DNA of 62,897 nucleotides, filler included, from Octopus bimaculoides (Eukaryota): NCBI RefSeq assembly GCF_001194135.2. It is 5 parts of 5 records of this genome, joined end to end, with 100 filler letters (N's around TTAATTAATTAA, not from the genome) between each part and the next. Parts side by side here need not be neighbours in the genome. Positions count along the whole stretch, not along the records: positions 32,466 to 50,825 come from NC_068984.1; positions 50,926 to 53,364 come from NW_026307509.1; 3 more parts are not named here. The stretch is one strand, 5' to 3'. Positions 37,963 to 51,290 of this stretch are shown piece by piece (position 1 is the stretch's first letter; each line of letters starts with the position of its first letter). The position numbers and the translations under genes are program-made. The notes below the pieces were generated by a model. The model worked only from the letters and a program-made list of their open reading frames with translations. It was not told the DNA's origin and did no database searches.

Positions 37963-38370
37963 TAAGCATATCACTAAACAGAAGAAAAGAAAACAACCAG
38001 GATTCCCTCAGTAATCGTGCATGAAACAGGAGGAGCTCAACATCTAATCTTGTCCATGCTGGTTGTCAAGAGCTGTAGTACAAAGGTCGTGCACAGTCAG
38101 TCATTTTACCTGGCTAGGTTTGGAGTCCACTTGTTCAATAAGAGTGAGTGCAAGGGCTATCCAGAGCTGGCAGTGATCAATAGTGTTCTTGAGACTGACA
38201 GTTAATTTGCTTAGGAGCATAGCCTAAACTGGGCTATCAGTTCCATCCAAGTCTAAATATGTGGACAACTCCAATGACCAACAAGTACTGTGAGGCAGAG
38301 ATGAAAAGAACTTTGGGGAGATAGTTCAAGAGACTGTGAAACTGCCCTGGTGTAAATAGGTAGGACCATT
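37963..38370 (+). pseudogene. Decayed 28S (LSU) rRNA 5'-end fragment (D1 region)
   Basis: taagcatatcactaaacagaagaaaagaaaacaaccaggattccctcagtaa and aacaagtactgtgaggcagagatgaaaagaactttggggagatagttcaagagactgtgaaac match conserved LSU helices, with many substitutions. Confidence 0.88.
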
Positions 38371-39409
38371 CACTGCAATTACAGGAGACTGGTTCTCATA
38401 AATTTGAGGTCTTCTTGGAATGTTTGGTGCCAGGTGTTTTTGGGGCCAGCTCTCTTTTTCATTTTCTTGTTTTCAGTGCCCATGTCATTACAGTCTTTAT
38501 ATCCAGGATAGTCAGTAGGTACAAAATGTCATTGGTCAGTAAAATTTAGTAAAAAAAAAGAGAGCCTTTATGGAGGATCTTTAAAAATTCATTAAATTGA
38601 AAATTAAATTTAGGAAGTGTGCTAGATAGTACATTTTGTAATGTATTTTTATATCATCATTGATGCATTGATTATATTAGAGAAATACTATTTATAGTAT
38701 TAAAAATATTTTTAGCTGTATAAAGTGGTTTGGAAAAATTGAGCTTGATATTTCTTATCAATTTAGGGAAAGATTAGAAGAAAATTTGTAACCAAAATAT
38801 TTATATAGTAACAGAAATGTTTATTTAGATATGACATTAATTACTTGCAAAGTCATAACTCTTTAAGCCTAAACTTCTGTAATTAGCAATCAGTCTTAAT
38901 GTCTTAATAGATTTAAAGAAACTGAAATAATCAAACACATTGCTGCAATTACTACTAAAACCTTTTGACATATAAAAGAAAGCTATGCAGCAAACATTAT
39001 GCAACAGTTTTAAACTTCTATGCTGCCTCTCAGACAAGTAAACATTATATCATAGAGTAGTGTGTGGTTTTTAAATTAGATTGAAGCATATCATGTCTTG
39101 TGTATTAGTCTTGTGGGTTATCACAAATTTCCTAAATGTCACTTGTATGGTACCTCAAACTGAATTAATTAACAAAATTGTAAATAATGAAATTAAAGTG
39201 AAATTTCATAATTTTCTAATAGTGAAACCAATGTACATGTTCTAAAGAAAAGATCAATTATTGAGCAAGACATACTAATTTTTCATTCTGTATTCTGGCT
39301 GTTTGTTATTATTTACCATTGAAATGAATATTATATGAAAATAAACCCAAGATGTTTGGTTAGAATATAAACCAAACAGGAAACTTAAATATCGTTCATT
39401 TCAAATTTT

Positions 39410-39580
39410 TTGGCACAAAACCAGCAATTTCAGGAGAAAGGGCTAGTTGATTATATTGACCCTAGTGCTCAACTTATTTTATTGACCCTAAGAGAATGAA
39501 AGGCAAAGTTGACCTCAGTGGAATTTGAACCCAGAATGTAAAGACAGAAGAAATGCCACTGAGCATTTTGCTTGCTACCT
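39410..39580 (-). mobile_element. SINE family A, degenerate
   Basis: gaatgaaaggcaaagttgacctcagtggaatttgaacccagaatgtaaagacag. Confidence 0.75.
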
Positions 39581-40371
39581 TTAACTTAAATATGATTAAT
39601 GCCCAATATACACAATTCAATGTTACTTGAGAAATAAGACTTGTTAGTACAAATTAGAAATATAAAGTTTACTTTTATTGTTAGATTGTTTAATTAAAAG
39701 ATTCTTGGTTCTCTACTTTGAATGTAAGATATATATTTTTTTAATAAGCAAAATTTTAGCTTCTATGAAAAGTAAACAGTGGTTACTCCAGAACTATTAT
39801 CTCTTGGTAAATAGAAAAAGTGGATTTGATCTCACTCGTTCTTAGTCTTCTTTTTACTTTTTACAACAATGTTAAAATTGCATGTTTCTAAAGAATATAC
39901 CTCAAGTTTTGAATTATCCAAAAATGTGTTGACATGCATTGTTACACAGATTGTGTAACTGTCTATTTAAGTATACAACAGCTTGTTGTATACTTTATGA
40001 AATGCGAATCTCTGTGGACTGAAGATGGGGATTTTTAAGAAGGTCTAAGATGGCCAGAAACTATTTAGGTCTTTTTACTGCCCATAGACAGATAAGCCTG
40101 TGGTGTATCCACTTCCTTTACTTTTAAGAGCATAGCTACAATATTTTGATTGAAAAAGACATACATTTCAGATTATTCAAAAATGCTATGTAGTGTCCTA
40201 TGAATTAATCTAGGTGCACTAGTTTTTTGGTGTAAGTCTAAAATACGTGCTAAACTTCAAAATCAATATTGTTTTTTTTTTGCTACCCCCCTTTTTACCT
40301 CTGTCTAGTTACTGCTATCAACTTATAAAGTACTGAGATCTCTATTTTTAAAATGATTATTTTATACATTC

Positions 40372-40429
<58 letters not shown>

Positions 40430-42608
40430 ATGTGTGTGTGCATGCGCGTGCGCACACACACACACACACACACACGAATACATACATGTATACTGTTTCT
40501 TGTTTGTTTTTTATGTTTTAACTTTTTAACTCCTAGCACTGACAAAGCATCTCTCCTGCACCCCTCTCTCAACTCATTATGTTGGATCTATAGGAACCAC
40601 TAATATAAGGTCAATGTTGTTATTGCTCAATAAGAAGGTATACTATTTGATGGTGTATTTGGCTGTCTTAATCATCAGTGAAGAACTGTAGTTTGTTTCT
40701 GGTTGTCTACCTTTTCATATTATTTTTTAAAAATTCTGTTGAAGCCTACTTCCTTACTTTAAGTTGACAAGAGAATATGCTGATCAAGAATATTTATTAC
40801 ATCTTGCCTACAAAATGAAAATGTGACTTAATACTGTTAAAACCAATGATAGTTTATTTTTTTTTTACATAACTGTGATCATTTAAAAAAATATATTTAT
40901 TTTAGCATCATTGTCAGCTCATTCACTGCTACATATATCTTTTGAGGCTCCACTTGTAGAGATATATTTTGATAGACCTCAGTATATTTTGCTGAGTTGG
41001 ATATTGTTGTAAATTTTTGAAATTGTTTATTGTTTGTGCTAATGGTTGTTGGAACATAATTTCCCATACCATATTGTGATGAGTTTTCTGTCATAACTGC
41101 ATATAATATTTCTTGCTGGTACTTCTACTTCATAATTCTTTTCTTACAGATGGTTAAAGATTACAGCATCAAATACTTTCTGTGTACATACCCTTGATAT
41201 TGTCAATGAGTCTAATGATATTCTTTACACCTCTTCCTTTCCCCTCTTCTTCACTTTTCTGTGCTCTCTTTTTTGTACAGGGTTATAGCTTGCTTTTGTG
41301 CATCTATGGAATCCTTAATAATGATGGTTGCAAAGACTTTATTCTTTCTTTTTTTTTGACAGTTACTTTTTGAGTTTTTCACTAAAACACTTCTCAACTT
41401 TAAAAAAATTAAAAATTTGAAAGTAAAATGTATTCTACCCTCTCATCACACTACCCNNNNNNNNNNNNNNNNNNNNNNNNNNNNNNNNNNNNNNNNNNNN
41501 NNNNNNNNNNNNNNNNNNNNNNNNNNNNNNNNNNNNNNNNNNNNNNNNNNNNNNNNNNNNNNNNNNNNNNNNNNNNNNNNNNNNNNNNNNNNNNNNNNNN
41601 NNNNNNNNNNNNNNNNNNNNNNNNNNNNNNNNNNNNNNNNNNNNNNNNNNNNNNNNNNNNNNNNNNNNNNNNNNNNNNNNNNNNNNNNNNNNNNNNNNNN
41701 NNNNNNNNNNNNNNNNNNNNNNNNNNNNNNNNNNNNNNNNNNNNNNNNNNNNNNNNNNNNNNNNNNNNNNNNNNNNNNNNNNNNNNNNNNNNNNNNNNNN
41801 NNNNNNNNNNNNNNNNNNNNNNNNNNNNNNNNNNNNNNNNNNNNNNNNNNNNNNNNNNNNNNNNNNNNNNNNNNNNNNNNNNNNNNNNNNNNNNNNNNNN
41901 NNNNNNNNNNNNNNNNNNNNNNNNNNNNNNNNNNNNNNNNNNNNNNNNNNNNNNNNNNNNNNNNNNNNNNNNNNNNNNNNNNNNNNNNNNNNNNNNNNNN
42001 NNNNNNNNNNNNNNNNNNNNNNNNNNNNNNNNNNNNNNNNNNNNNNNNNNNNNNNNNNNNNNNNNNNNNNNNNNNNNNNNNNNNNNNNNNNNNNNNNNNN
42101 NNNNNNNNNNNNNNNNNNNNNNNNNNNNNNNNNNNNNNNNNNNNNNNNNNNNNNNNNNNNNNNNNNNNNNNNNNNNNNNNNNNNNNNNNNNNNNNNNNNN
42201 NNNNNNNNNNNNNNNNNNNNNNNNNNNNNNNNNNNNNNNNNNNNNNNNNNNNNNNNNNNNNNNNNNNNNNNNNNNNNNNNNNNNNNNNNNNNNNNNNNNN
42301 NNNNNNNNNNNNNNNNNNNNNNNNNNNNNNNNNNNNNNNNNNNNNNNNNNNNNNNNNNNNNNNNNNNNNNNNNNNNNNNNNNNNNNNNNNNNNNNNNNNN
42401 NNNNNNNNNNNNNNNNNNNNNNNNNNNNNNNNNNNNNNNNNNNNNNNNNNNATAGCCATTTCTAACATTTATTATATACTTTTTGAAAATATATATATAA
42501 AATTAAATTAGTGTTAATATATTTAATGCAAGGAGAATTTAAAAATTAATAATAAATATGCAATGAGGCCAGAAAATAAAAATACTTTCATGTTTTTTTT
42601 TTTTTCAG

Positions 42609-42710
42609 TATCTGTGGGAGACAACTTCACATGTTTTGTTATTATCTCATCAGCAAATCATTTGCCTTCACAGTGATGAAAAAAATCATAAATATGTATA
42701 TGAAATGTGT
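42609..42710 (+). CDS. Candidate internal coding exon of an unidentified gene (YLWETTSHVLLLSHQQIICLHSDEKNHKYVYEMC)
   Basis: Poly-T tract + cag acceptor, 102 nt open in phase 0, donor gtgagt. Confidence 0.55.
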
Positions 42711-43986
42711 GTGAGTTGGTGTAGGATGACCCAAATGCTTTCTTTTGTTTTTTTTTTTATTTCCTTTTTTTTTTAGCAGCAATAATCACGAAATTCTAGA
42801 ATTAGAATTATGATGCAAAATGTTATTTAATAACATTTTTTGTTCCTTTTTGCATTTATGATTTTTGTTTAATAATTATCTGTAATATCCAACTGACATG
42901 ATTTTCTGGCTACAAATTTGGTAGAAAAATAACAAGGTTATTTAAATGTAGAAACAAACTTACAAACTGAGTTTTGAATCCTTGTTGAAAGCAATTTTAT
43001 TTACTGTTAATGCTTTTTGTAAAACACGAGTGTCTCAATTTCTTGTTTCTTACCTCCAACAACCTATGTTGATATAAGGAATAATTTTAGGAAATAAATA
43101 TGATTTATAAATATTTTTCAAATATTTCATTCAACACTTTCACTTGAAGTATTGCAATTATGTATTTGTCATAAGTATTTTAAGTATTAGATCTTATCTC
43201 TTAACTCTTTGTCTATCCAAAGCATTTTTATAAGGTTGTCTCAAATGCCTATGCTTGCTTTCAGACTTTTTGTTAGCCCTATTTTCTTATGTTTTGAGTA
43301 ATATAATGCTATACTCTCCTAAGTCCCAGGTTACTTAGGTGATTGAAAAAATATTGGGAATGTGTATCATACATGGTTCATGGATGCCAAGGAAATATGT
43401 ACCAAGTATCATATGTGATACACATGTGAGGTGAAGGATTAAATATTTTTTTCTTAGTTCAGTACTTTTTATAAAGAGAGGGAAATTTATAGAGTATTGT
43501 TTTATTTCTTTCTTGAATTTCATATTCATATTTATATTTATTACATATATTTCAGAGTTTCATCGAACTTCTAAAATATAAATCTATCATTTACTAAATG
43601 TTTGTGCATGCTGATGCATAAAATAAAATATTTGCAAGATTGTTACTTAAACTATGAAGATGTCAGATGATACAAGAATATCAATCAACGTTTACACATT
43701 TGGCAATAATAAGAATCTTGTTATTGTTGGATTATTTGGGGATGGGAGAAATTTATGCATTTCATACTCTAATGGTATAACTTAATTTTTCTTTTTGTTT
43801 TGCTTATTGACCATTTAATATGATCTACAAGTGTGGGTTAGTTAATTGAAATTGTTTTATCCCTATGAACATTAGTGTTTCAAAGTATTTTGCATTTCAC
43901 TTTAAGTATCTGTTCAAGCTGAATTAATCATCCTTTTGCTATTTTAAAATTTGTTTTTATAGACAATATACAATAATCAATTTATC

Positions 43987-44046
<60 letters not shown>

Positions 44047-44329
44047 GGGGGGTATTTGAAATATCTTAAAGGACTGTGGGGTATCAGATATGATAGAAGT
44101 TCTTATTTACAAATGAACTATCAAGTTTTATGAAGAGACTAAAATAAAACAATTGAAAAATGCTATTTTTCTTAAATTTTCAATAATTTTTATTTCATTA
44201 ATTTCAAATTAAATCTTTCAGTATTTGAGATAATTTTAGAAATGAAATATTTTGGAATATATACAGGTACACTATGTTTTGATTAATTTGATCTCTGAAT
44301 TTTTTTCATTATGCGCCTGATTCCTGCAG

Positions 44330-44426
44330 TTCAATCAGGAACTATGTACACATCCAAGAATAAGACACCTGTTGAGAATTGGAGATAAAAATCAATTTGA
44401 ATATAGTGTAGCTATAAATATTAAAA
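44330..44426 (+). CDS. Weak candidate exon (FNQELCTHPRIRHLLRIGDKNQFEYSVAINIK)
   Basis: ttcctgcag acceptor and open phase-0 frame; donor (gtggtt) is poor. Confidence 0.28.
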
Positions 44427-47400
44427 GTGGTTTTAATTTCTAGAAATGAGGTTAATAGTCTTAAGGAATTATGATCTTGTTAATTTTAGTTTAATAAATA
44501 ATCACAGTGCAAAAATAATTTGCTTCCCTCCAACTAATGTTTATATCTGCTGAACCCTCACATTATTCCAGATCTTAAATTTAATTTTGAGCACTGCATG
44601 CAATTTCAGGAAAATTAGTAACATAGAGGCATGTGTTTCCAGCAAGATATTATTGAATAATGCAGCAGAATATAGAATTTTTTCTTTTTTATTATTATTA
44701 AGAGTAAGATATTGTTTTGTTTTGCTGTATTTGAAATACACTTAAATTCTAATTTCAAAGCGTAAGTTCTTAGAAGAATAGGTTTTCAATACAAGCAGTT
44801 ATGTCTAATACAGTTACACAGTGACTAATTGGTTTGATTATAACTGATATTCTATTTTTGTGTAAAAGTATTCAACTCTTTTAATTTAATTTAGTTTGTA
44901 AACAGTTTCATTGTTTTAACTGGTAATCTTTCTCTCTTTTAATTTACTGCAAAAAGTTACCATTAAAATTGCTCAGCATAGCACTATTATCAGGAGAGAT
45001 ATAGAATTATGTTTTAGCCAAGAGGTCACATAGGTGTTGTAACTCACCATTAAATGGCTAATTTTTCATTAAAAAAAACCTTGAAATATTTGAAAGCAAA
45101 TGGATTTCATGTGTTAAAATTTGAGACTAAACTGTATTATAATTGAAACAAATTATTTAAAAGGAATTTTTTTCTTGTTAATGTAACAAGATCCTAAGTT
45201 GAAATGAGAAATTGAAATTTTCTGTTTCATATTATATTTAATCAGAAATTTCTTAACTAGATCATCAATACTGCAATTACTTCTAAAATGATTCCTTTCA
45301 ATATTGTTACATAGCTTAAATAAGAAAACAAATCTCATATTAAAGTAGATCTTGTTTGATTGGTAAGAAGTATCAATGTTTTGGTTTACTGCTGAGAAAG
45401 CCTTTTCAAGTTTAGCTTCATAATAGCAACTAATGCTTTTTGGGAAAGAAACATGGTACTATCCAAAATATTCTTTTGATTTAGAATGGTATTAAGAAAC
45501 CTTAGATTTCTTTGGTTTCTAGAAACAAACTAATCTTTTTTTCTCTTCATTTAAATAATAAGCCTAAATTTACTTTTCTATATTGTACAACTAATAAATA
45601 CTACTCTTGTATTAGAGGTAAGTGGGGGAGTTTAACATTACATATGTTCATCATTATTTAATATCAAATATTTCAGCACAAATTGTAACAAACTGAGATG
45701 AATTCATCTCCAAATTGACATTTGGTGAAATCAACAAAATGTGAAGTTATTTTGGCACTAAAAGCCACATACCACCCAGAAAATAACAAGTTTGTTTTCA
45801 TTCATAGAATCATTTAGTATATTAATGTTTTCTGATTTTTGTAGGCATTATCAGCTAATGTGCTGCCTATATACAAACATTTTTTGTCACCATTTATTCC
45901 AAACAGTTGATTTCTCATTTGGAATAAGGAATATGTTTGTTTCTTGTTTTTGTCTAATCTGTTTGTCATTAGAATTGGCCTTACATCAAAATAAGATTTT
46001 GCATGCAGATGAGAGAAAGTGGAAGGAGGTGGTGGTGGTGGTGGTGGTGGGGGGCTTTCAAAAACCCTTTTGTAATCATATTTCTAATGAAATATAATAC
46101 TTGTATATTTCAATTAATTTTGGAATAACTCATTAAATTAGAGATTTAGTAAAATAATTAAAATTTTCATTTCTAAGCTAGTGTTTGAAATATAACAAAA
46201 GATTCCTTAATTAAATTATGATGAAAGGTTGTTTTCAATTTGAATACTTTAAAGTAAAGTTCAAAGTATTCTAGAACCAAAAGCCATGTTAGCAGGTTGC
46301 CATAGAAAGGATTAAAATATATACATCCTAACCCTTTTGTTACCATATTTCTGTTGAAATGCATTGCTTTTATTTCAATTAATTTATAAAATAAAGAATT
46401 TAGTAAAGTGACTTCATCATTTTTAAGCTGGTGTTTAAGACATAAATTAACAAAAAGATTTTAATTTAGTTTACTTTAAATCAAGAAATCTGTATCATAG
46501 AATTATGGGTACTCTCAAGTTGGTTGGTATCAAAAGGGCTAAATTCTTACCATGTGTATATAATTTTAGCAATTGTTCATTTAAATTCCAAACTCCAGGC
46601 TATGTTAATAACTAAAAGAAACTGAGTTAAACTGACTGATGTAGTTTATATATTATTCCTTCTAAATTCAGTTGTTCTTACATAAAAGGGGTTAATTTAG
46701 TCTAGTAACAGTTTTAATATTTGTATGACTCTGTAACTCATGCCATATGTTAGGATATATTAACATTCCCAGTATAGATCCTTTGTTTCTAATTTTCATT
46801 TGCTTAACATTATTTCTTAAAATATTTTAAGTAAACATGTATGCAAGTGTTTTGTGTTTGCCAATGTGTTTGCATTTAATATAGATTACACAGGTGTGTT
46901 TGTGTTTAATTCATTTATTTCTCATAAGTATAACTATGTAAACATGCAAACATCTGATTTAGTTTGTAAATATTTCACCAATAAAATAGTTGTCTTATGT
47001 TGCTTTTTGGGGGTGAACATGAAAAAATTATAAAAATAAAGGGTGTGTGCATGTGTGATGTATCTATTTTTCAGCACCAGTTTCCTTCTAGGAGAGAATT
47101 TGATTATAAATGTTGAAATTTATTTTTGAGTTTCAAAACACATTTTTGTTGCTTTTTTTTCAAATCTTAATTTTTATGTTACTAGTATGAATTTATATTA
47201 TCACTAACTTTTTGTATTTGTTGTTAGGTATTTACAGAAAAGTGACTGGATCACAGTATTCAGCTTCATTCTCTATATTTCGCTAGAGGCAAAATGACTG
47301 AGTGGATTAGATATTGGGCTATAAGCTCATAGGTCATAAGTTCAAATCCACTGCCTTAATTTCATTGTGTCTATTTGCAAAATGCTATTATATATTATTG

Positions 47401-48086
47401 CCTTGAGTGAGGTAGTTTGTTAGGAATAGATGCCCATGTCATCTGGAAATGTTATCAGTAATAGACCAATATCTTATTCAGATGAAGATTTAGCTATCAT
47501 CTACTTAATGTCCTGAAATTAGAGCCAAATGGGGAGCATCATTTTTTATTAATTAAAATAAAATTTACTCAGCAGTTTCATGCTTGATTTACAAACCTTA
47601 TATACTGAAGTTGTCTTTTTAATATATGATTATATTGTCTTTTAATATATCTAGTTCAGAAAAATGTAAAATTAGATGTAGGTCTTCTAGATTTATTTAT
47701 GAAATATGCATTTACTTTGTTCTCAATGTTTTTTGTTGATTTCAAAATATCATTTCAATTTTATTGAAAATTCAATAAAATTGAAAATTTTATGACTAAT
47801 AGAGAAATCTGGAATTTTCTTTTTTGAATTAGGATTTTGTTTCATCAAATTCTCATTTATGTGATAAGCTGATATATAATTCAACCAGAAATGAAAATAT
47901 TCTTAGAAAAGAATTTTTAAAATAAGGGTTCTTTTTTGTCTTATTTCATTTAATTCCATTCAATCTTCATAGCTTAGATGGGTACTTTCTAATCAGAATA
48001 GTCCACCTTACTAAAATATCTTGACCTTACTTTAATGACATACTGTGGAGCTGTTGGAGTGTTAAACATTGTTTGCTTAATTTCAG

Positions 48087-48205
48087 TGAATTGAAAGATA
48101 GTTTGGCCAGTGATGCCATTGAAGGGGATATTCCAGATTTATTGAAAATGGTTTTAAGACAAGATCCCAATGTTTTTCATTCTACTGCTAGGAGAAATTA
48201 TGATG
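48087..48205 (+). CDS. Candidate internal coding exon (ELKDSLASDAIEGDIPDLLKMVLRQDPNVFHSTARRNYD)
   Basis: tttgcttaatttcag acceptor, 119 nt open, strong donor G|gtaaga, locally raised GC; protein not recognised. Confidence 0.65.
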
Positions 48206-48442
48206 GTAAGAGCGATTTGATATTAATTTCTTTGTAATGTCCTCTGCTTCTTGAACATTAGAACATGACTACTTTATTGGCTAACAAGGGGTAATTATGT
48301 TTTTTTTTATGTTATATTTTGGGGTCATGATGTCTTGAAATAGATATGAAGCTAATTATCAATGTATATTAAAAGCCAAAAGACAAGCAAAAGCAAACAT
48401 CTGGTGTTTGTATGTGTATCTAAATGAATACACATACATACC

Positions 48443-48542
<100 letters not shown>

Positions 48543-48964
48543 AAGGAAAAGGCATTCTTTTTGTCATGTTCTAATTTAGCTATATGGTTTTTATTTTGCA
48601 TCTTGTTCAGATTTCTTTGTTTTATTTTTGTTTCTTAGAGGAGAATCTGTATTTTTCTTGGATTTATTTGAAAGTTACTGTGTAACATCTGTTTATTGGC
48701 TTTGTTTTCTTAAATCTTAAAGGGCTAATGTTATTTCGAGTAGCATTTTTATTACGTAACAAACTATATTCAAGAACTCAAAATAGCTTCTTTTAACTTA
48801 CGAAAGAGTTCTTTATACATTTACTTTTAGCTAATTTTAAAATGCTAAATAAATAGATTATTCTAAACGGTCTCAAATTACACTGTAATTAAACCATAAA
48901 TGTTGTCATAAGGTCGCAAAAGGAATGCATTGGTATTAGTTAATATTTCAAGGATAAAGCTTAA

Positions 48965-49175
48965 ACCTTTAGCATTTAAAGTGGCTATATCCAACCAAAA
49001 TATGTATATGTTCAAACTGGCTACATCCAGCCTATTTCACCTGTCCTACAATGTCGTTGTAAAATTAACTATCACATCGTTGAAATCTTAAAGCTACATG
49101 ATAATTTATGATTAATTCTAAGCAATGTAAATAAATAAGCATTACATTAGATAGGCTAATCTGAATACTGAAGGG
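48965..49175. mobile_element. piggyBac-like MITE, complete, TTAA TSD
   Basis: ttaa|acctttagcatt ... gaatactgaaggg|ttaa. Confidence 0.8.
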
Positions 49176-49338
49176 TTAAAATGTGAATTGGAGAAGGAAC
49201 ACAAAATTGTCTTTTTTTCTTGTGGGTATATTAAAAATAAAGGGAAGTTTTCTTAATGTCTTTTTACATTCTATATTTATTATTTAGAATTTGTAAAGCA
49301 TATTCAGGTGCTTAAATGAAGCTTTGCACCCTTTAGAA

Positions 49339-49572
49339 GAGCAATCCTCAACCTGTTTTACACCATGGGCTTCTTTCATGCAAGACAATTTTTCTATGAT
49401 CCGGGGGTCACTCACATAACAAAGCACAATAAAGTGCATAATAGATAATGCAAAAACATTGAGTATCACATACAGGCTGTGATACTCAATAAAATAGAGA
49501 TAAAATTTTAAAAAATCTATTCTTTTCACACAACCTGATATCAAATAACAACCTGGTGTTTGGGAACTGCCG
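49339..49572. mobile_element. hAT (Charlie-like) MITE, 234 bp
   Basis: Perfect 8-bp TSD ctttagaa (49331-49338, 49573-49580); degenerate TIRs gagcaatcctcaacc / gtttgggaactgccg. Confidence 0.82.
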
Positions 49573-50578
49573 CTTTAGAAAACCTTGGTTCCTCAACCTG
49601 AACATCTATGATTGAATACCAGTTAGACTTTCTTTTTAATTTAAAAGTGTTGTCAATTTTATACACAAAGATACAATGATTTAATCATATACATAGATAA
49701 GTAGTTAAAAAGAATAATTGCTTTAAAACATTAAAACATCATATAAAATGAAGTTTTGACACTAAGCTAAGTAACAGATTTTAAAAATGAATTCTCTTTC
49801 CATTCCAATATATCATTAATAAAGTTAAATTTTATTACTTATCAGTTAAACATATCCAGTTAAATTTAATGTGGGAATAAGTGGATATATGTGACACTAA
49901 CAAAGTTTTTTTGGTATATAATGATCTCATGAAAAGAAGCTTTTATACACGGGCAGTTAATAATGTATATACATATGAAATTGTAATGTTTATTTTTGAT
50001 TCTATAAGAATGACCCTTTAAGATTTAAATTGTTGATACAAAATATGATTTTAGTATTCTGTTTAGTTCCTGTGGCACTGTTCTCTTTTTGTTTTGGTTA
50101 AGGTTTTATCAAATTCGCTGAATCTTTTGTTGCTGTCATTTTAATTTTTTCCTTTTTTGTAGTGCTTTGTGACATATTGTTAGCATGTCAAAGTTGTTTG
50201 CTTTTTTTCTGAGCCTGTGCTAGAGTATATGTTAAGTGTACTTGTGAGTGCATCTGTTAAAATATTTGATATTGTTTGTCCACAAAGTATTGAGGGTGCA
50301 TTTTTGAAATATTGGAGATACTAGTAGTAGTGCCTAGAATATTTTCATATTTATATAATTGTAATTGAATTTTGAATTCCAATATTTCAATGATGGCAAT
50401 TCTCAAATAATTACAAAAATTTGATAGAATCAATTAGTTTATTTAATTCTATTTCACATTGTTGAGTAATTTGTTATTATAAAAGCTCATACCAACTCTC
50501 TCTTTCTGTATATATATATATATATATATTTAAGAATTTAAGGATTGGAGAAAACGCATGTTATAATTGCATACTATA

Positions 50579-50662
50579 TTCCTACATATGTTTCAAAGGA
50601 TTACAATCTGTGTGATCCATAGGGATCTTTGATATTAAAATTGTAACCTTCTCATCAGGGAA
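50579..50662 (-). ncRNA. Type I hammerhead ribozyme (HHR2)
   Basis: Minus strand: TTCC-CTGATGA-GAAGGTTACAAT..ATTGTAATCCTTT-GAAA-C(ATAT)G-TA^GGAA. Helix I 4 bp; helix II 12 bp with one bulge. Confidence 0.8.
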
Positions 50663-50984
50663 AGCATGGGAATCATCTTAAACATAAGACATTATGACCG
50701 ATTATGAAAACAATAGATGGATAAGGTTATGACTTGATTCATTTGAAAAAAAACCGTTAGAGAATTGGACGCTGCCGGATAGTGGGTTGGACAACACATA
50801 CCAATCAATGTGTAAGAGCGTACATNNNNNNNNNNNNNNNNNNNNNNNNNNNNNNNNNNNNNNNNNNNNTTAATTAATTAANNNNNNNNNNNNNNNNNNN
50901 NNNNNNNNNNNNNNNNNNNNNNNNNTGATGATGATGATGATGATGGTGATCATGATGATGGTGATGGTGATGATTTCAAATTTT

Positions 50985-51290
50985 TGCCACAAGGGCAACT
51001 TGGGGGGGAAGGGATTAAGTCGATCACATCGACCCCAGTGCGTACGTAACTGGTCCTTTCTACTGAAAGCACAAGGCCTTGAAATTTGATGGGAGGGAGT
51101 GTGTGTATGTGGGGGGTTACTAGTCGATCACATCGATCCCCCAGTGTTTCATTGGTACTTAATTTATCGATCCGGAAAAGGACGAAAGGCAAAGGTCGAC
51201 CTCGGCGGAATTTGAACTCAGAACGTACAGACGGACGAAATACCGTTAAGCATTTTTTTTTCGCCCGACATTGCTAACGATTCTGCCAAC
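50985..51290 (-). mobile_element. Two partial SINE family A copies in tandem
   Basis: gtcgatcacatcga.cccagt occurs twice; ggtcgacctcggcggaatttgaactcagaacgta. Confidence 0.82.

Noticed and set aside
37963-38370. Functional rRNA gene
   Set aside because: Only about 400 bp, substitutions in near-invariant positions, no rDNA context.
40897-41094. 65-aa minus-strand ORF (MTENSSQYG...)
   Set aside because: Short, in-frame stop just upstream, no clear splice sites, opposite to the candidate gene; kept only as a possibility.
41417-42511. Long ORFs running through N runs (also 9 kb, 15 kb, 51-52 kb, 57-60 kb)
   Set aside because: Open only because N codons are not stops.
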